From Basidiobolus ranarum (lineage: Eukaryota), in contig JASJQH010000005.1 of assembly GCA_040143965.1 (NCBI GenBank), positions 1-64,000 on the forward strand: 64,000 nucleotides of DNA. Direction: 5' to 3'. A program made the translations under genes and the position numbers. Below the pieces are notes generated by a model, which did not search any database, was not told the DNA's origin, and was given only the letters and a program-made list of their open reading frames with translations. This document shows positions 33,737-47,680 of the stretch, piece after piece (within the stretch, counting starts at the first letter, position 1; every line of letters starts with the position of its first letter).

Positions 33737-34148
33737 AATCATGTTAAATTGATAATCTTGATTCCACACATTGTAATCAAATATTTACTGGAGTTTTCTT
33801 TCGATTGGATGGTCACTTATGGCATGCATATAAGTGTTATTGGTTTGCAATAATTTGAAATGTTGTAAATGGGAACTTACCAAAGGATTTTTGTTCACAA
33901 CGATACTTGGTGCTTTTATTTATCATTAACAAATTCACACTTGTACAATTGATAATGATGGTAATGATTAATATATGTATATTCGCTATAAAATTCCGAA
34001 TAAAGACCCTTCGTATATATGAGAGGATAGAAAAGAAATAACATCAACATGTGACTGTGGTGTAGTTCGCATGAAGTGTTAATCGAGAGAAAAAGACGAC
34101 CAGGTATTTATAACTTGGATTTGATGAAGAATGAACAAGTTGATTGAT

Positions 34149-35393
34149 CTATTCCTCTTGCTTGACAGAGCTCTCACCGGCCTTTTCCTCGGGTGTAGCT
34201 TTTTCTCCAGATTCTTCTTCAGTTTCAGTCTTGTACTCGAAGAGTTTCTTAAGTTCACCATTCTTGATGGCAAGAATGACTGGTGCCAAACCACAGGCAG
34301 GGGAAAGATAAAGTAATGCGGGTTGAGCGGCTTTGAAAGTGTGCATTACAACGAAGGTGGTAAGTAATCCAACAACATATGCAATGAAACAAGCATTGAA
34401 ATAGGGAGTAGGGTAGTTTTTGACTTTAATGTACTCCTTGGCTACATCCTTCTTAGCACTGGCACGTTCCAAGGCCATGGCATGATCGAAGCGTAAGCAC
34501 AAAGCAACAAAGATTCCTGGGATAACAATATCTCCTAGACCGAGCATGGTGAATCGTGGGGCGGCGGCGGTGAATAATTCAAACACTGATCTTGGGAAGG
34601 TAACCTTGATGGGTGCATCAAAGTTAACAGCTACTGAAACCATAACCTCAGTTCCGAACACCCAGAAAATATCATAGAAAAATAGACCTCCCAAAAGGAT
34701 TAATCCAGTACGGAAGGAGTCCAAATTAATCAAGCGAATGGCACCCATAGCAAAGGCGATTCCATAAATGTTGGAGGCAATCCAGTTCTTAGTGGCCACA
34801 TAGTAAATGGTAAGGAGGAATGAACCAATGAAGGCACCAATATGGATGTTTGAGAATCGGAGATGATACAATTCTACAGGTTAAATATGTTATTTCTACT
34901 CTTCTTGGATGGCCACTACGTGTTCAATATACAACTAACCTTTGGCTTGTTTGGTGAGGTGAATGTGGTATGAAGGCAACTTCATTTTGGTTGCAGCTTT
35001 GAATATGGTAGCGGAGAAAGAAGTGACAGCGGTACAACCCATGATAGCGAAGTAGGCAGTAATCAAGTAATTAACATACTCCTTGTTCAAGAACTTGAAC
35101 ACTAAATACATAGAGAAGAGAGTAACGGAGCCATAGATTGGGAACATCTTGGCATCTTCTGAAGAGAGTACTTCAGCTGCTTCTTCTGTCTCCGAGTCAG
35201 ATTCATACTCGTCACCCTTTACAGTCTTCTTTTCCTAAAGTATCCAGAAGGTCATGGTTAGAAATTTTCCCTACTTCTTAAAGTTTAAGCTTTCCCTTAC
35301 CTTTTTAGGCTTAGGGAGTGCACCGAAAGAGCCCAAGTAAATGGGAGTTACTGCCATTAAGCCTAAGGCAGCGTAAGCAACGAAAATGCTCAT
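34149..35393 (-). CDS. Signal peptide peptidase (presenilin-type intramembrane aspartyl protease), multi-exon
   Basis: FFYDIFWVF, LGLGDIVIPG and QPALLYL motifs; DAKMFPIYGS. Confidence 0.95.
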
Positions 35394-35912
35394 TATATCA
35401 GTCTTGAAAGTCTAGGTTGAAAAATGAGTACTAGTGTAGAAGAAAATGTATAACCGCTCTCCACAAGTACAAGAGTTGTCAATTGAAATACTGATGGGTT
35501 AAAGAGGATCAAAGCCACCAAGCAACTTCCAGGTATGAAAGAAAATACAAACAAAGGACCAATCACATCTAACAGGAATCTGAAGGAAATCAAGTGAAGA
35601 GGGGTTGTCAGAGATGATTGAGAAAGGGGCTCAGGAGCATTTTAATCCTGTAGATCGATAACACGTCAGTTCATAATATGATTTTCATTGAATCATATTT
35701 GGAGAATGAAGCTACAAAGAAATCAACCTTCGAGTGCATATCAGGTTGTGTATCTTATTTATTCTCATTCAACTAAATAATAGTTGAGCAAAGTTGTCTA
35801 TTTACAACCCAAGAATATGCAGGAATCCTGCAATGTGGTTTAACTTTAAATATACAAATGTCACACGAATTGTGGACGATCATTACAACAAGCGCTTTGA
35901 GGTGAAGATATT

Positions 35913-37200
35913 TTACTTAAAACGCTTCCTTTTCATATCAAATATCATCACTTTCGCCTCATTCTCGACAAAGCACAACTCTCTGGTTCCTAGAATGAAT
36001 AGTAATTGTCGAATTCTGGGAAGCTGGCGTTTTTTGGAGAAAGGTTTCAGCAATATGTGCGAGTTACTCTCATATAGTTCTCCTTCAAGACTATCAACTT
36101 GAAAGGTATGAAGCTTGGTAATGTAAAGATAAGGTTATTTACTGTCGATTAAGGAATACTAAATTGTGGCTATAGTATACCTCTCCTTCTATCACGCTGT
36201 ACAGAGCGAGGGTACCGTGGAGGGTATCTAGCGCACTTAGTTGACATAGCTTATTTACGGTAGCTACGGGCATTCTTTCGAGCAAAGCTGTATTCAAGTT
36301 ATTTATAGTTTCCAAATATACCTCGGTACATCCAGTAACGAAATTCTCAATAATAAGCAATAGACGCTTATCGTTGAGTTGATATACACTGTTGATATGT
36401 TGCATTAACGAATTGAGTCGCAGTGGAAGATATACAACCTTCACATCATGTGTAATCTGGTTTAGAGATATATTAGATAGTCCCGAGGGATGCGAGCGTT
36501 GCGAAAAGCCTAGAAAGGGCGTGGAGAACTCATCTTTAGCGTGTAGTAAAGCAAATAAAGATGCTAGAAATCAAAGATGGTTATTTGAATGATTGTTATA
36601 GTGGTGGCTGATTTCGAAAAACCTACCACAGCCATCAATTTCGGACAAATGGATAGTGTTCCGTTTTATTCTATGTTTTAACGGATTGCAAGCATTTGTG
36701 GGAGTAGAGAATCGATGGGTAGTGCGATCTCTGGATACCATATGAGAAGTTAGAAATAAAGGATACGAAGGAAATGCGAGTAAGGCAACGTTTATTCAAG
36801 GCACGTTGGTGCTTTTAATGTGTACCGTAACAAAATTGTCCCAAGGGTTTCATACTTCTTCCTCAAAGCCACCATACCATTGAATAAACTATGAAAGAAA
36901 TTTGCTAAGCCATAATACTGTCTCGTCTTTGAACCTACTTTTCCGGTTTCCTCGTCTTTAAACTTGTATTTTGTAGGTTTGACGACTGATTTCTCACTAC
37001 GTTTGTCGCTTTACGAACATTTCCCAAACCCTTGAAACCGGTGTTTCTTTGTAATGGTACACAGATTCAATAACCAATTTTTTAATTCATCATTCCTGTG
37101 AACTCCAGTAATGCTCTACGTGCTGATTGAAGACCTAAGCTAGAAACCGTCGCCGTATTCCGTATCGGTAATTCGTCCTCATTGGATGATGGTATACTTT
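35913..37200 (-). pseudogene. Intron-containing gene fragment or relic resembling an internal part of a large fungal protein family
   Basis: Spliceable exons give ...VYLETINNLNTAL...SALDTLHGTLALYS..GE^LHTFQVD..ELYESNSHILL...IRQLLFILGTRELCFVENEAKVMIFDM; 5' exons not cleanly resolvable. Confidence 0.35.
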
Positions 37201-37380
37201 AGAGATGTAATTTAGTTGTACATAAATTCTGCGATATGTGTATGCCATAACAATGATGGAAAATACTTTGGTATTGATATTCTAAATACGATGATTGTTT
37301 TCATTTTTTACAAATCCTAGAGAATATTAAGCAGCTAAGTTGATACTTGAACATATTTGCTTGTATTAGCTTAAGACAAG

Positions 37381-38390
37381 ATGGAGGATATAGCTCAGGC
37401 TCTAGCTATTGCAGATGCTGATCAACTTTGTATTAGCAATGACCCTTTTCATCCCTCGAATTTGATTCCTGAACTTTGTCGCCAGTTTTATACTCTGGGT
37501 TGGGTTACTGGAACTGGGTAAATATCATAGCTAATACATTAGATTTCCATTAAAAGTACTTACAATCTTCCAATTTACTCTTGTTATTTCGATATAGTGG
37601 AGGAATTAGTATTCGTGATGGGTAAATATATTACTTTTCAACTTTTAGTTAGAGTATTTTATTAACTTATATACACTTGAAGTGAATTGGTTTACATCGC
37701 TCCTTCTGGCGTACAGAAAGAACGCATTCAACCTCAAGATTTGTTTGTCATGGCATTTAGTACGAAACAGCTTCTACGTGCGCCACCAGTATACAAGCCC
37801 TCTGCTTGTACACCTCTATTCTATAATGCGTACACTATGAGAAATGCTGGAGCTTGTATTCATACACATTCGCAGTCAGCAGTCATGGCCACTCTATTAT
37901 TCCCCGGTGACACATTTGAAATCACTCACCAAGAAATGATCAAGGGGATTAGACGTGGTTCCTCCAAGACCAACTTCAAATATTTCGATACACTTGTTGT
38001 ACCTATTGTCGAAAATACTCCAGAGGAAGAGGATCTTACCGAAAGAATGGCACAGGTAAGTGTATTTGAAATACCCAGACATATCCATGTATTTACTAAC
38101 ATGGATTCAATTGAATGAATATTAATTAGGCTATCATGAAATACCCGGAAACTAACGCAGTACTAGTTCGTCGACATGGTGTATATGTATGGGGAGGTTA
38201 GTATAAACCTATCTTTAACTTATCTTATTCAAAAGACTCACATTTATTGTTACTACCTTACTTGCATCTAGAAACATGGGAAAAGGCCAAATGCATGTCT
38301 GAATGTTATGATTATCTCTTTGAGATCGCAGTTAAAATGAAGGCAGTAGGAATTGAGCCAAATGTAAAACCAGCCAATTCACCATATTAA
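37381..38390 (+). CDS. MDE1: Methylthioribulose-1-phosphate dehydratase (methionine salvage; MtnB/APIP), multi-exon
   Basis: [23 protein letters not shown]^[39 protein letters not shown]. Confidence 0.96.
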
Positions 38391-39103
38391 ATATGTCTGT
38401 TTTCTGATTAACCTCTTGTCGCAGTCTATCCTTATATACGTATATATATGATAAGTTTGTCTAAGTGTTGCTAAGAATTGATAATTTGGTATATAGTTCT
38501 TAGGAAGGTACATTTCAAATAAGGAGAAATTATATCTTATTTACATAGCAACGAAGATACTACATATGATTTTATTTCACGTGAAAATTTGCCACTATTG
38601 ATTTGTGATAGCAAAATAGGGTAATTCCTCAAGTTAGAATAATATGAGAAGGATTCGTCGTTCAATCTTGCAGTTCTTATCTCTTACATATAAGTTTCAG
38701 ACAGATGACAAATTGAATGTATTCAGGTCCAACAATACTCGAATTGAATGGAAATTAGTATATTTAATATAGCTAGCATTGCTGATGCACTCGATCAGAA
38801 TAGTGATATAAACTAGCGGATGATAGAATGGCCTGAATACTGTCACTTGACCAAGACATTCTCTTGTAATACGAGCAGATCTAGAACCACAAGCCATGTT
38901 TAGTGGGGCCTAGACACAATCAAGATTGCTGAATCAATAGCGATTCTGATATGAACTAACCAAATCGATGTCCATTAAAAAGGTTTATTAGAGTACAAAA
39001 TATTACTGATATAGAAAGGTAAATATCTACTGCCAATATAGAAAGGTAAATGGGGAGAGAGGAATCAATCCAGACAATCTCCAGGTATTTGAGTCGATGC
39101 AAT

Positions 39104-40247
39104 CTATTCCTTCTTCATAAGCTTTCTGGCTCTTTGATGATCTGCATACTCACGAACAACTCGGCTCTGAGGTCCGAAGGTTGGCATGGTAATAAACTCC
39201 CAAAGTACTTGGAACCAGGATTCATGATAGCGAATTGTATTATAGAATTCGGGTGCGGCATCACGGACGGCAGGTAATTTGGACCAAGCAACCTAAAATT
39301 CTCAATTCTGTCAATATTTCAAGATCTGATGTGTGTTCGTGACTTTAAAAGTTTACCTTGGTGAAATCATGATGTTCGTTATGGAATCCAATATTAAGTG
39401 TAAGCTTGTTCATGCTACCATAGTAAGAATATGTCTCTTGTCCATCATCCCATGTGTAATGCTCTTGAATGAAATGGGCAGCAGCAGGGTTGATACTATA
39501 ACCCCACCATAAAGATAGCATCATATAGAGGAAACCTCTAGGACCACATACAGACCAAATGCAAATATCCGTGCAGATTGTGAATATAATGTTCACAATC
39601 TCCCAAAAGGATGGTTCTTTACCCATAGCAACACCACGAACAACGTACATAACTGGGAATATTAAAAGCCAGAATACTTTCAGGATGGGGTTACCACGGA
39701 TCAAGTATATTTCCCATTCCAAAGGGAGATCGGGGTCTTTCCCTACAACACCTTGGAATGTGTGATGCTCAAGATGATAGCGGCGGAAAGACTGAGCAAT
39801 GGGAACTGGAATGCCGATGTTTACAAATAGCCCGAGTAAACGATTAACAAAGAGGGACTCATGAGCAAGGGCATGCGAGAACTCGTGAATTATGGAGCCG
39901 AAAGCTTGAGTAAGAGTCCCACCAACGGCATAAGAACAAATGACCATGGTCCAGTTCCAGTCAAGAAGAACTCGTCCAAATAGATATGCACAAAATAAAT
40001 GAATAGAAACAGTGGCAAAGGTTATCCATTTTGTGTTTGTATCGATGCCATAGAGCCCAACAATCTCTGGATGTTTCTCAAGAATGGCTCTCTTACGCTT
40101 GAAATGTGGTTCGTCCATGTCATCTTTGGCAAACCCATCATCAACGTAGGGGATAGAGCGCTTCCAGTCACCAATATAAAGAGGATGGCGACTATCAGGG
40201 TGAACAGACTTGTCTGAAGCCTCGACCGGTTCAACGAAAGGAGGCAT
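39104..40247 (-). CDS. DES1: Sphingolipid delta(4)-desaturase/C4-hydroxylase, 2 coding exons
   Basis: EPHFKRKRAILEKHPEI; His boxes HEFSH, RYHLEHH, HNEHHDF; AHFIQEHY. Confidence 0.93.
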
Positions 40248-41155
40248 GACTCTGTAAAATAAGTTGAAGATAAATATTTCCAAGATTCTGGGGGATTCTT
40301 AAGTGATTTGAAAAAAAGCACTTACTTGAACTTCTAAATAAACAAGGCTACAAATCGAGTTGTGGCGGATTGAAGGGGCTTAAATATAATTGGAAATGGT
40401 CTAGAAGCTTGATTGTAGATAGGAAATAAACCAGAATAAGAACAGCTCGTTCGAAATGGATGGTAATACTAAAATATGAATGCTTTGAGGGAAAAATGGT
40501 CACACATCAAATGAAGCACACATAATCATCTGAACTTAGATCGGCTTTGGCCAGACTCTTCTCTGCGCATAATACAACGTTGGTGATCCTATAGTTGACA
40601 GCTATAGCTGATGGATTCGTTACATCCATATTGGAGTAAATTGTGTGGTGACTGATTCTAATTTGCACAAACAGTAAGCAGTAGTAATAATTATCTTACC
40701 TATAGACCCACAGACCAACATCATGGTCACAAAACTGTCATTATCGGAATAAATCTAATGGGGTTTGAAATGATGCAGGATAGCTTAGGCTGCATTAGAG
40801 GATACAACTTCAAACATCTCATACTAACAGCGTGTCAGGATTAGGCATTGCTATGAATATTGTCAACTGTTTAGGTTGCATAGTTAAGTGTTAGTATGTA
40901 TGAATTAAATTTAGGACAAGAACATACCAGCAATCTCAGAAAATGTAGCAGACTGAAAGCATGTTTCGTTTCTGTTTCATTAGTTAACTTCAATTTTATG
41001 TCTGCGTAGGAGTATGGGAACAGGTACTTTATAAGCTCTTTGCGGGTCACTTCTGTATCTCGTTGATTTCGTCTCACATCAATCTCGTAACTCTTAACCT
41101 TTAACTCTTAACCCCCAATTCTAACTTAAATCCTCTTTAATTAACGCTACCTAAA

Positions 41156-42889
41156 ATGGGTCAGAATCAAAGTAATTTATCGGAGAGTAGCATTTTTTTG
41201 ACGTCCGAGTCTCAAAATGATGCCACCACCTCGTCCTCCTCTAGAGAACTAGAGCCTAAGCTCACACCCATCGAAATTACCTCTTTGAGGCAAATCTACA
41301 GTAAGCTGAAGAGTGTAAACGACGATGGCGTAGAGCTAGTGACTGAGGAGACATTCCAGGTAAGTTAGTAATAAATCTCACAAGTATTAGAACAACCATT
41401 AATCCAATATAATTAGAAATATCTTGGATTGCCAGCTGATATGCTATTTGGCAAGCTTTTGTATCGCTCATTTGTACAGTTACCATTTATTGGCAATTAT
41501 GAGGCGATTCCTGGGGAGCCTAAGCTTAGCTATGCTCTATTGTTGTATTCAACCAGGTTCTATTGTGGAAAAGATCAATCACTAACTTTTTCCGGCCCAA
41601 AAGGCTCGGATTTTAGTTCGCAAACCAAATTACTATTCGAATCATTCTGCGCCTTTCCAACCGGAGAAACCCAAAGTGAGAATTTCCAGGATGACAAAAA
41701 AGTGACATGTCAGGACCTGTTAGAGCTGTGTAAAGGAATTTTATGGATTTTGAAAGCTCATTACTTAATGGTGCTTTCATCGAAATCTGATTTAAATGAG
41801 TTGGTGATTGATGAAAAAATCATCACTAGTTTGATTCAACAGATGGCAATTGCAGAGCGTGAGTCTCAAGGAATTCCCAGAGGTTCTTTCTCCTTCGATT
41901 TGTTAGAAGAGGAGATTTCATGGCCAACTTTTCTGACTGTTGTTCAGCGTAATGTGCCAAGAGTGTTCAAAATCCTTGAAAGATTCATCTACACTAAGTT
42001 CTGCGTCGATACCTCGCTAAACTTGGCTGACTCGCACAAGGAGTTCTTGGTAGGAGTTGACAGCATATTGCCCAAAATAGATCTAAGATCCAATATCTTA
42101 AAGATTGATGATTGGAGCCTTTTGACTTGGCTACTGCCAGAGTCTAGAGGACGTAGCTGGGACGTTCTTTATACCGCCAGTGAACATGGTTTTAATATAA
42201 GCCACTTCAAAGCCAGAGTATTTAACTACCCCGCTGCGACATGCTTACTAATCAAAGGGTACCCTGTGGTTTCTAGACGGCTATTACATAATCGATTCCT
42301 GAAAGTGGCTCACGATCCTACTTTTGCTTCGAAAGAGTTGATTCTTGGTGCGTTTATTCCAGAGGCTTGGAAATTCTCACGTGAATTCTGGGGTTCTGCA
42401 GAATGTAAATTATTTGAGCTAGCACCCACTTACGAAGTATTTCCAACTACCGGTAGTAATAATTCGTATGTATATTGTCACCGTAGTAATGGGATTGGAT
42501 TTGGTGGTAGCATCAATGAATTCCGTTTGCATATCAAGCCTGATTTCCAGACTGGTACCTATAGCAATGATCCATTGCATGGAACAATGTCATACAAATT
42601 ATCAGCAACTAGAGCCGATTTTGATGTAATTTTTGAAATTGACGACATTGAGGTAATTGGACTAGGAGGGGAGACCGCTAAGCAGCACCAGGTCAATGCG
42701 AGGTTACTTGAAGAAATGGATATAGAACGTGGGGCACGTGTCAGCTCACATTCTTCCGAAGATACTAGACAGCTCCTAGAACTAGCTGGTATCCTGGAGT
42801 GTTCCAAGAAATTGGACGAATTCAGAACTCGTAAGAGCCTAAAACTGAAAGCAAAATCCAAACCAAAACGGTATGCACCTTACAAGTAA
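41156..42889 (+). CDS. RTC5: TLDc-domain protein, Rtc5/MEAK7-like, 2 exons
   Basis: Myristoylation-type MGQNQS start; TLDc motifs W..LY..SEHGF, GAFIPEAW, FWGS.EC.LFEL.P, GIGFGG, IEVIGLG; LLELAGI tail. Confidence 0.8.
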
Positions 42890-43375
42890 CTAGTCTCGAT
42901 TGGCTTTCCATACTCTCTCTTCTCTGGAGTTTGGATTTAGTTTATCTATTATTGTACAGTAATAAAAGAGCCTCATTAATGCAAGTTACTTTGGCAATGC
43001 AAACCATAGAAACATATACTAGAACTTTGCTTATGGTCATTTAAATGTATGAAGATGCATGATTTGGTTATAGCGAGTATTTGTGCATGGTTCGATTATA
43101 GAGAATAGTTGTGCATAATTTGTGAATATTTACTATTTGTAATGATGACTGTTATGTCATAGACACATATCACAGGAATGTGTTAGAACTTAATAGAAAT
43201 GTATGTGATGAGCTTTGTAACTACAAAACAACATGCAAACCCACATTTCATAACTCACAGGGAATGCATCATCCTTATTGTGTGTTTATCTTGCACGAAT
43301 ATTCCCGTGAAGTCGGATGAATGTGGATAGTTACATCGCTAGATTCCTTGATTACACATCGCTCTTAGTACATAT

Positions 43376-43409
43376 CAGAGCATTGAAAGAGCATTGAAAG
43401 AGCATTGAA
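43376..43409 (+). repeat. Short tandem repeat (AGAGCATTGAA) x3
   Basis: cagagcattgaaagagcattgaaagagcattgaa seen directly. Confidence 0.85.
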
Positions 43410-43711
43410 TTGTAGTATGGGGCGGCCACCTAATTTTTCAAGCACTTGGTCACTTTCCAATGAATAAATATCAACGAATCGACTGCTATTATCCATAAAT
43501 TATCGTGACGAAAACACTGAAGATGCAGGTTAGACTAATCTTTTAGATGCTGCATCCCTTTACTTCATCGCTTGCTCTATAAAGATGAATTATCCCCTGA
43601 ACTTATTCGGGATCACTGTTCAATATTAGTATTGTTCTTTGTATTCATACCCTTCCAGTCTGATATATTTCCTAGAAGAAATCATCTCTAGACACCCCGT
43701 ATTGCCATAGA

Positions 43712-45373
43712 ATGAGGATGCCAGAACGTACATTAACCGAAAATACCACTACCACATTTTGTTCTACTATAGATCCTGAGCTTGTTCTGTATATGGATGA
43801 GGAAAATTCCGATGAAGATATGATTCTTTATAACTCGTCCTCTAGAGTCGTAACTCGACGTGAGCAAGTCGATGCAGAAAAAAATGATACCACAGTCAAT
43901 GTAACTCAGGAGTCAATGACTGTCAATCTTGAGATGCTCGGTCAATTCCTTCGTAATAGCTATAAAGGAATCAATTCAAGTTTACAAAGAAATTCTAGTC
44001 AGGAGGAGTCTATTAAGGTTTAGTGAAAATTGAATTTGCGCCAAATTCCCAAGTCTCGTTCTGACTAGTTTATAACCAGCTAACGAAAACAAACTGGTGT
44101 AGTTCTCGGTTCACGTTTTTCTCACAAGACACAGGATTATTGAAAGGTCAAACTTTAGAAGACATAGCCACGGAAAAATCCCCATTGACCGACTTATTGG
44201 CTAAGGAGAATTACTGGTTGGATGTCACAGATCCCACAGAATCGGAGTTGAAATGGCTTGGGAAGGTAAATACAATAGAGTGGAGTCATTGCTCTTAGAA
44301 GACACTCTTAGTAACCATGCTTCAATTCAGCTCTTCACGATTCACCCCCTCACTATTGAGGATATTCAAGGACAAGAACTTCGTGAAAAGTGTGAATCCT
44401 TTCGCAATTATTATTTTGTTAGTATTCAAACCATTGAAATTGATGATATGGAAACTCGTTGTTCCAAAATCAAGAACCTTTTCAACATCTACAGCATTGT
44501 CATGGGAACTTCTATACTAACGGTTGGTTTCTTCCCCCTTTCTTACCTCATTCTCTGTACTAACACTCTTTCAGATACATTATAAACAAACCCATCACCC
44601 AGAAACTGTGGTACGACGCTTTAATGAAATGAAAGGACATGTCGAATTCACTCCCGGTATAACTGTGTGATATGTTATTCCTCAATAACTTCAAACTAAA
44701 CCACACTACTTTAGATTGGATAAACTATGCTATCATGGATGCAGTAGTAGATGACTTCATTCTCTTGGGAAAGAAGGTGGAAACTGAGGCGGAAATTATG
44801 GATGAATTAGTATTTGATCATAACGAAGCTGACGAAACCGATTTATTAAAACGGATTGGATCAGCTAGAAAAGTCATTTCAAATTTCTTACGTGTTTTGA
44901 AACCTAAAGCCTATGTAGTACGATCAGTCCAGAAGCGTATAGAAACTTTGAAAGACAAAGCAAATGGACTTGAGATATCTTTGTATTTGGGTGATGTTCA
45001 AGGTAGGGATATGAGAACAGTGATGGACAGTGAATTCATTTCTGACGTTGTTTTTTCAGACCATATTCTGACTGCAATACAAAGCGCTGCTCATTATGAG
45101 AAGATTCTTTCTCGTGCACATGCCAACCACCTGGCGCAAATATCAATCGAAATCACTCAATCAGGTAACAAACTTAACGAAGTAGTAACCAAGCTCAGTG
45201 TCATAGCAACAATAATCGTACCATTGAATCTGATCACTGGTTTATGGGGGATGAATGTAGTTGTGCCAGGAGGAGAAGAGCCAAATCTGATATGGTTTCT
45301 CTCTATAGTTGGGTTTATGGTTGTCTATTTTATCATAACCTGGATGTATTTTCGAAGTCAAAAGATCGTATAG
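43712..45373 (+). CDS. CorA-family Mg2+ transporter (Alr1/Mnr2-like), multi-exon
   Basis: YWLDVTDPT; FTIHPLTIEDI..QE.REKCE.F.NYYFV; YLGDVQ^DHI; LWGMNV (GMN motif) with two C-terminal TMs. Confidence 0.92.
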
Positions 45374-45776
45374 GGTCAAGCGTAAATAGTAGTAATAATT
45401 CAAAAGACCATGTAAAGTACATAATACCAAAATTCCCGTTCCCAATTCTCCATACCTCAAATTCAAAAAGCCTATCTTTGTACATCAGCAATTCTTCATA
45501 GATAAATTAGCGCTTTTATGCTAACTAGTACACTGCCCAATCCCTCAAATTCTCTAGAGACAGTTTTAGGGTCAACTATCCAAATATAGATAGATGGATA
45601 ACATCTACCTCCTGAATAGTTAATTACGTAGAAAAATGTCGTAGCTCAATTTAGTGCTTTTGTACTTGGTAATACAACGGATAAATAGCCTCACTAACCT
45701 AACAGTTAAATGACTTATAAATAATTTTACTTCCTGTGCTTTGCTACTGAGTTTGTCATTGAACCTCTGCATTGTT

Positions 45777-46688
45777 ATGGAGAAGAATTACATAGTCATC
45801 TTTGACCTGACACCGCAACGAAAAATCCTCTATGTCTCTGACAGTGTGTTCGACATTCTTGGCTACACTCCCGAAGAGCTTGTTGGCAAAAGTGGTTTTT
45901 GTATTATACCAGAGGAAGAGCATTCCGGAACAAACACTTATATTATGTATCAAGAACTTACCGACTCACAAATGACCATTATGTATTGTCACGCCCGACG
46001 AAAAGATAAAGAACTCATCTTGGTAGAATGTTTGGTTAGCTGCTGTTACAACATGATAACTTCAATCATTAAACAAGTTGAACCTGACAACAAAAACTCA
46101 CAAGGTGAGTTCTTAAGAATGGTACCACTCTAGAGAGTACTATTCACTCACGTTTCTTCGCTTTATTATGACGACAGATAAGATTTCTGCTGTAGACGGC
46201 GTAGTATATGTCGATGAGCAGCCAAACTGCTTATACAAGGTAAATATCGAAGTTGTTCTTTTTCCCAACCAGCTCATTATATCTTATTTATTTAGGTTGA
46301 AGGGACGAATACCATAAAATTGCACGAGTCACAGTTACCTTCTACAACCGTTCAATTTGAACCTAGAGTATGCATGGTGCTGAATCGATTCACACGCAAA
46401 CTGACAATTCTATATTGTTCAGCCCCAGCTTCTTTCATATTAGGCTTGAATGCTAACAAATGCACAGGAACATCATTTAGCACCTACATACATCCACAAG
46501 ATTCAGCTAATGTCATCGAAGAATTTGATCTGGTAAAATCTACTTCATGTATTGGACGAGCTAAATTTCGCTTTTTGTCACCAGTATTTGGATCCATTGA
46601 TATATCCATTGTTATATCGGGTTCGTGTGATGGTCTTATTGTTATCTTGCGAAGAAGTGAATCCCGTAGTGTTTTCAATTCATCTTAA
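45777..46688 (+). CDS. Tandem PAS-domain protein, 3 exons
   Basis: ILYVSDSVFDILGYTPEELVGKS; EPRVCMVLNRFTRKLTILYCS..A..ILG...CTGTSF..YIHPQD. Confidence 0.8.
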
Positions 46689-46850
46689 TTGCCTTAGCTC
46701 GTGATGTACATAGACATTTGTATCTACTATTAATATATTCCCATTATATACATACACGAAGGGCTAATTTTATACTCAAGCTTTTAATGGATATAGAAGT
46801 TTAAAAAAGAGGAAACTTTAGGAATGTCTGAGCTACATTCTATCAATACA

Positions 46851-47680
46851 TTAAACAAACTTGGGTACGAAATCGAACTGTGTACGGTTTTCTCCTTGAT
46901 AATTCAACATGAATCCAACGTGTGGAATTACATTCCAGTGAACACTGATGTTACCAACTTGTCCTTTCCTGTATTGAAGTGAAGTAAAGTGAGTGGAAAT
47001 CTTAAAGTTAATAAAATTCCCAAAACTTACTCAAAACGTGGGTTAACATCAATAAAGGCATATTTGTTTTTATATCCACGAAGTTGGAATTTGGCATCTT
47101 CAGGTGAACGGATGATTCTATCCCATAGAACGATTTGATTTACTCCCTATATGGATAAAGAACTGGTTAAGAAAAACAGATGAGGGGAAATTCCACTTGA
47201 ATGATTTGTTACATGTTTGGAGCTTTCGTATTCAGCTACCACATATACAAAGAGTTGCTTAGTGTTCCAGCGAAACAAAGAGCTAAGATCTGAGATAAAA
47301 GGGTTACAAAATACTCAACAGTACAGAAGGTGAATTGCGCAGTAAATACCAGCTTCCAAATCGAATTTTACAAAGGCGTATTCCGCAGAAGGGTTGTAGT
47401 AGTAATCGGAATAACGATCACCATACCGTCCATGTAGTCTATACGCAATCCCAGGGGAGTACGTAAGTAAATGATCAAGTGAGGAGTGTCGCTAATTCAA
47501 GACATATCTTGACTTTGAAACTAATAAGAGTACTTACAATTTCGTGTTCCGGAGTGACACTTGAGCAGTTGGTGACGTAGCTTGAAAAGGAGTGAAGACG
47601 GCTACTGCACCTAATAGCACAAAAAATACGCTTAAAGTAAATGCACCTACTGCACTCAAGCGTTGAACGATATTGTACAT
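46851..47680 (-). CDS. SPC3: Signal peptidase complex subunit 3 (SPC22/23), multi-exon (missing from the ORF track)
   Basis: Hand-spliced [11 protein letters not shown]...FVKFDLEA^[21 protein letters not shown]..^[30 protein letters not shown]. Confidence 0.93.

Noticed and set aside
47148-47212. U12-type intron in SPC3 (TTCTTAAC branch-like sequence)
   Set aside because: Donor is GTAACA, not GTATCCTT; no U12 donor found at any intron examined
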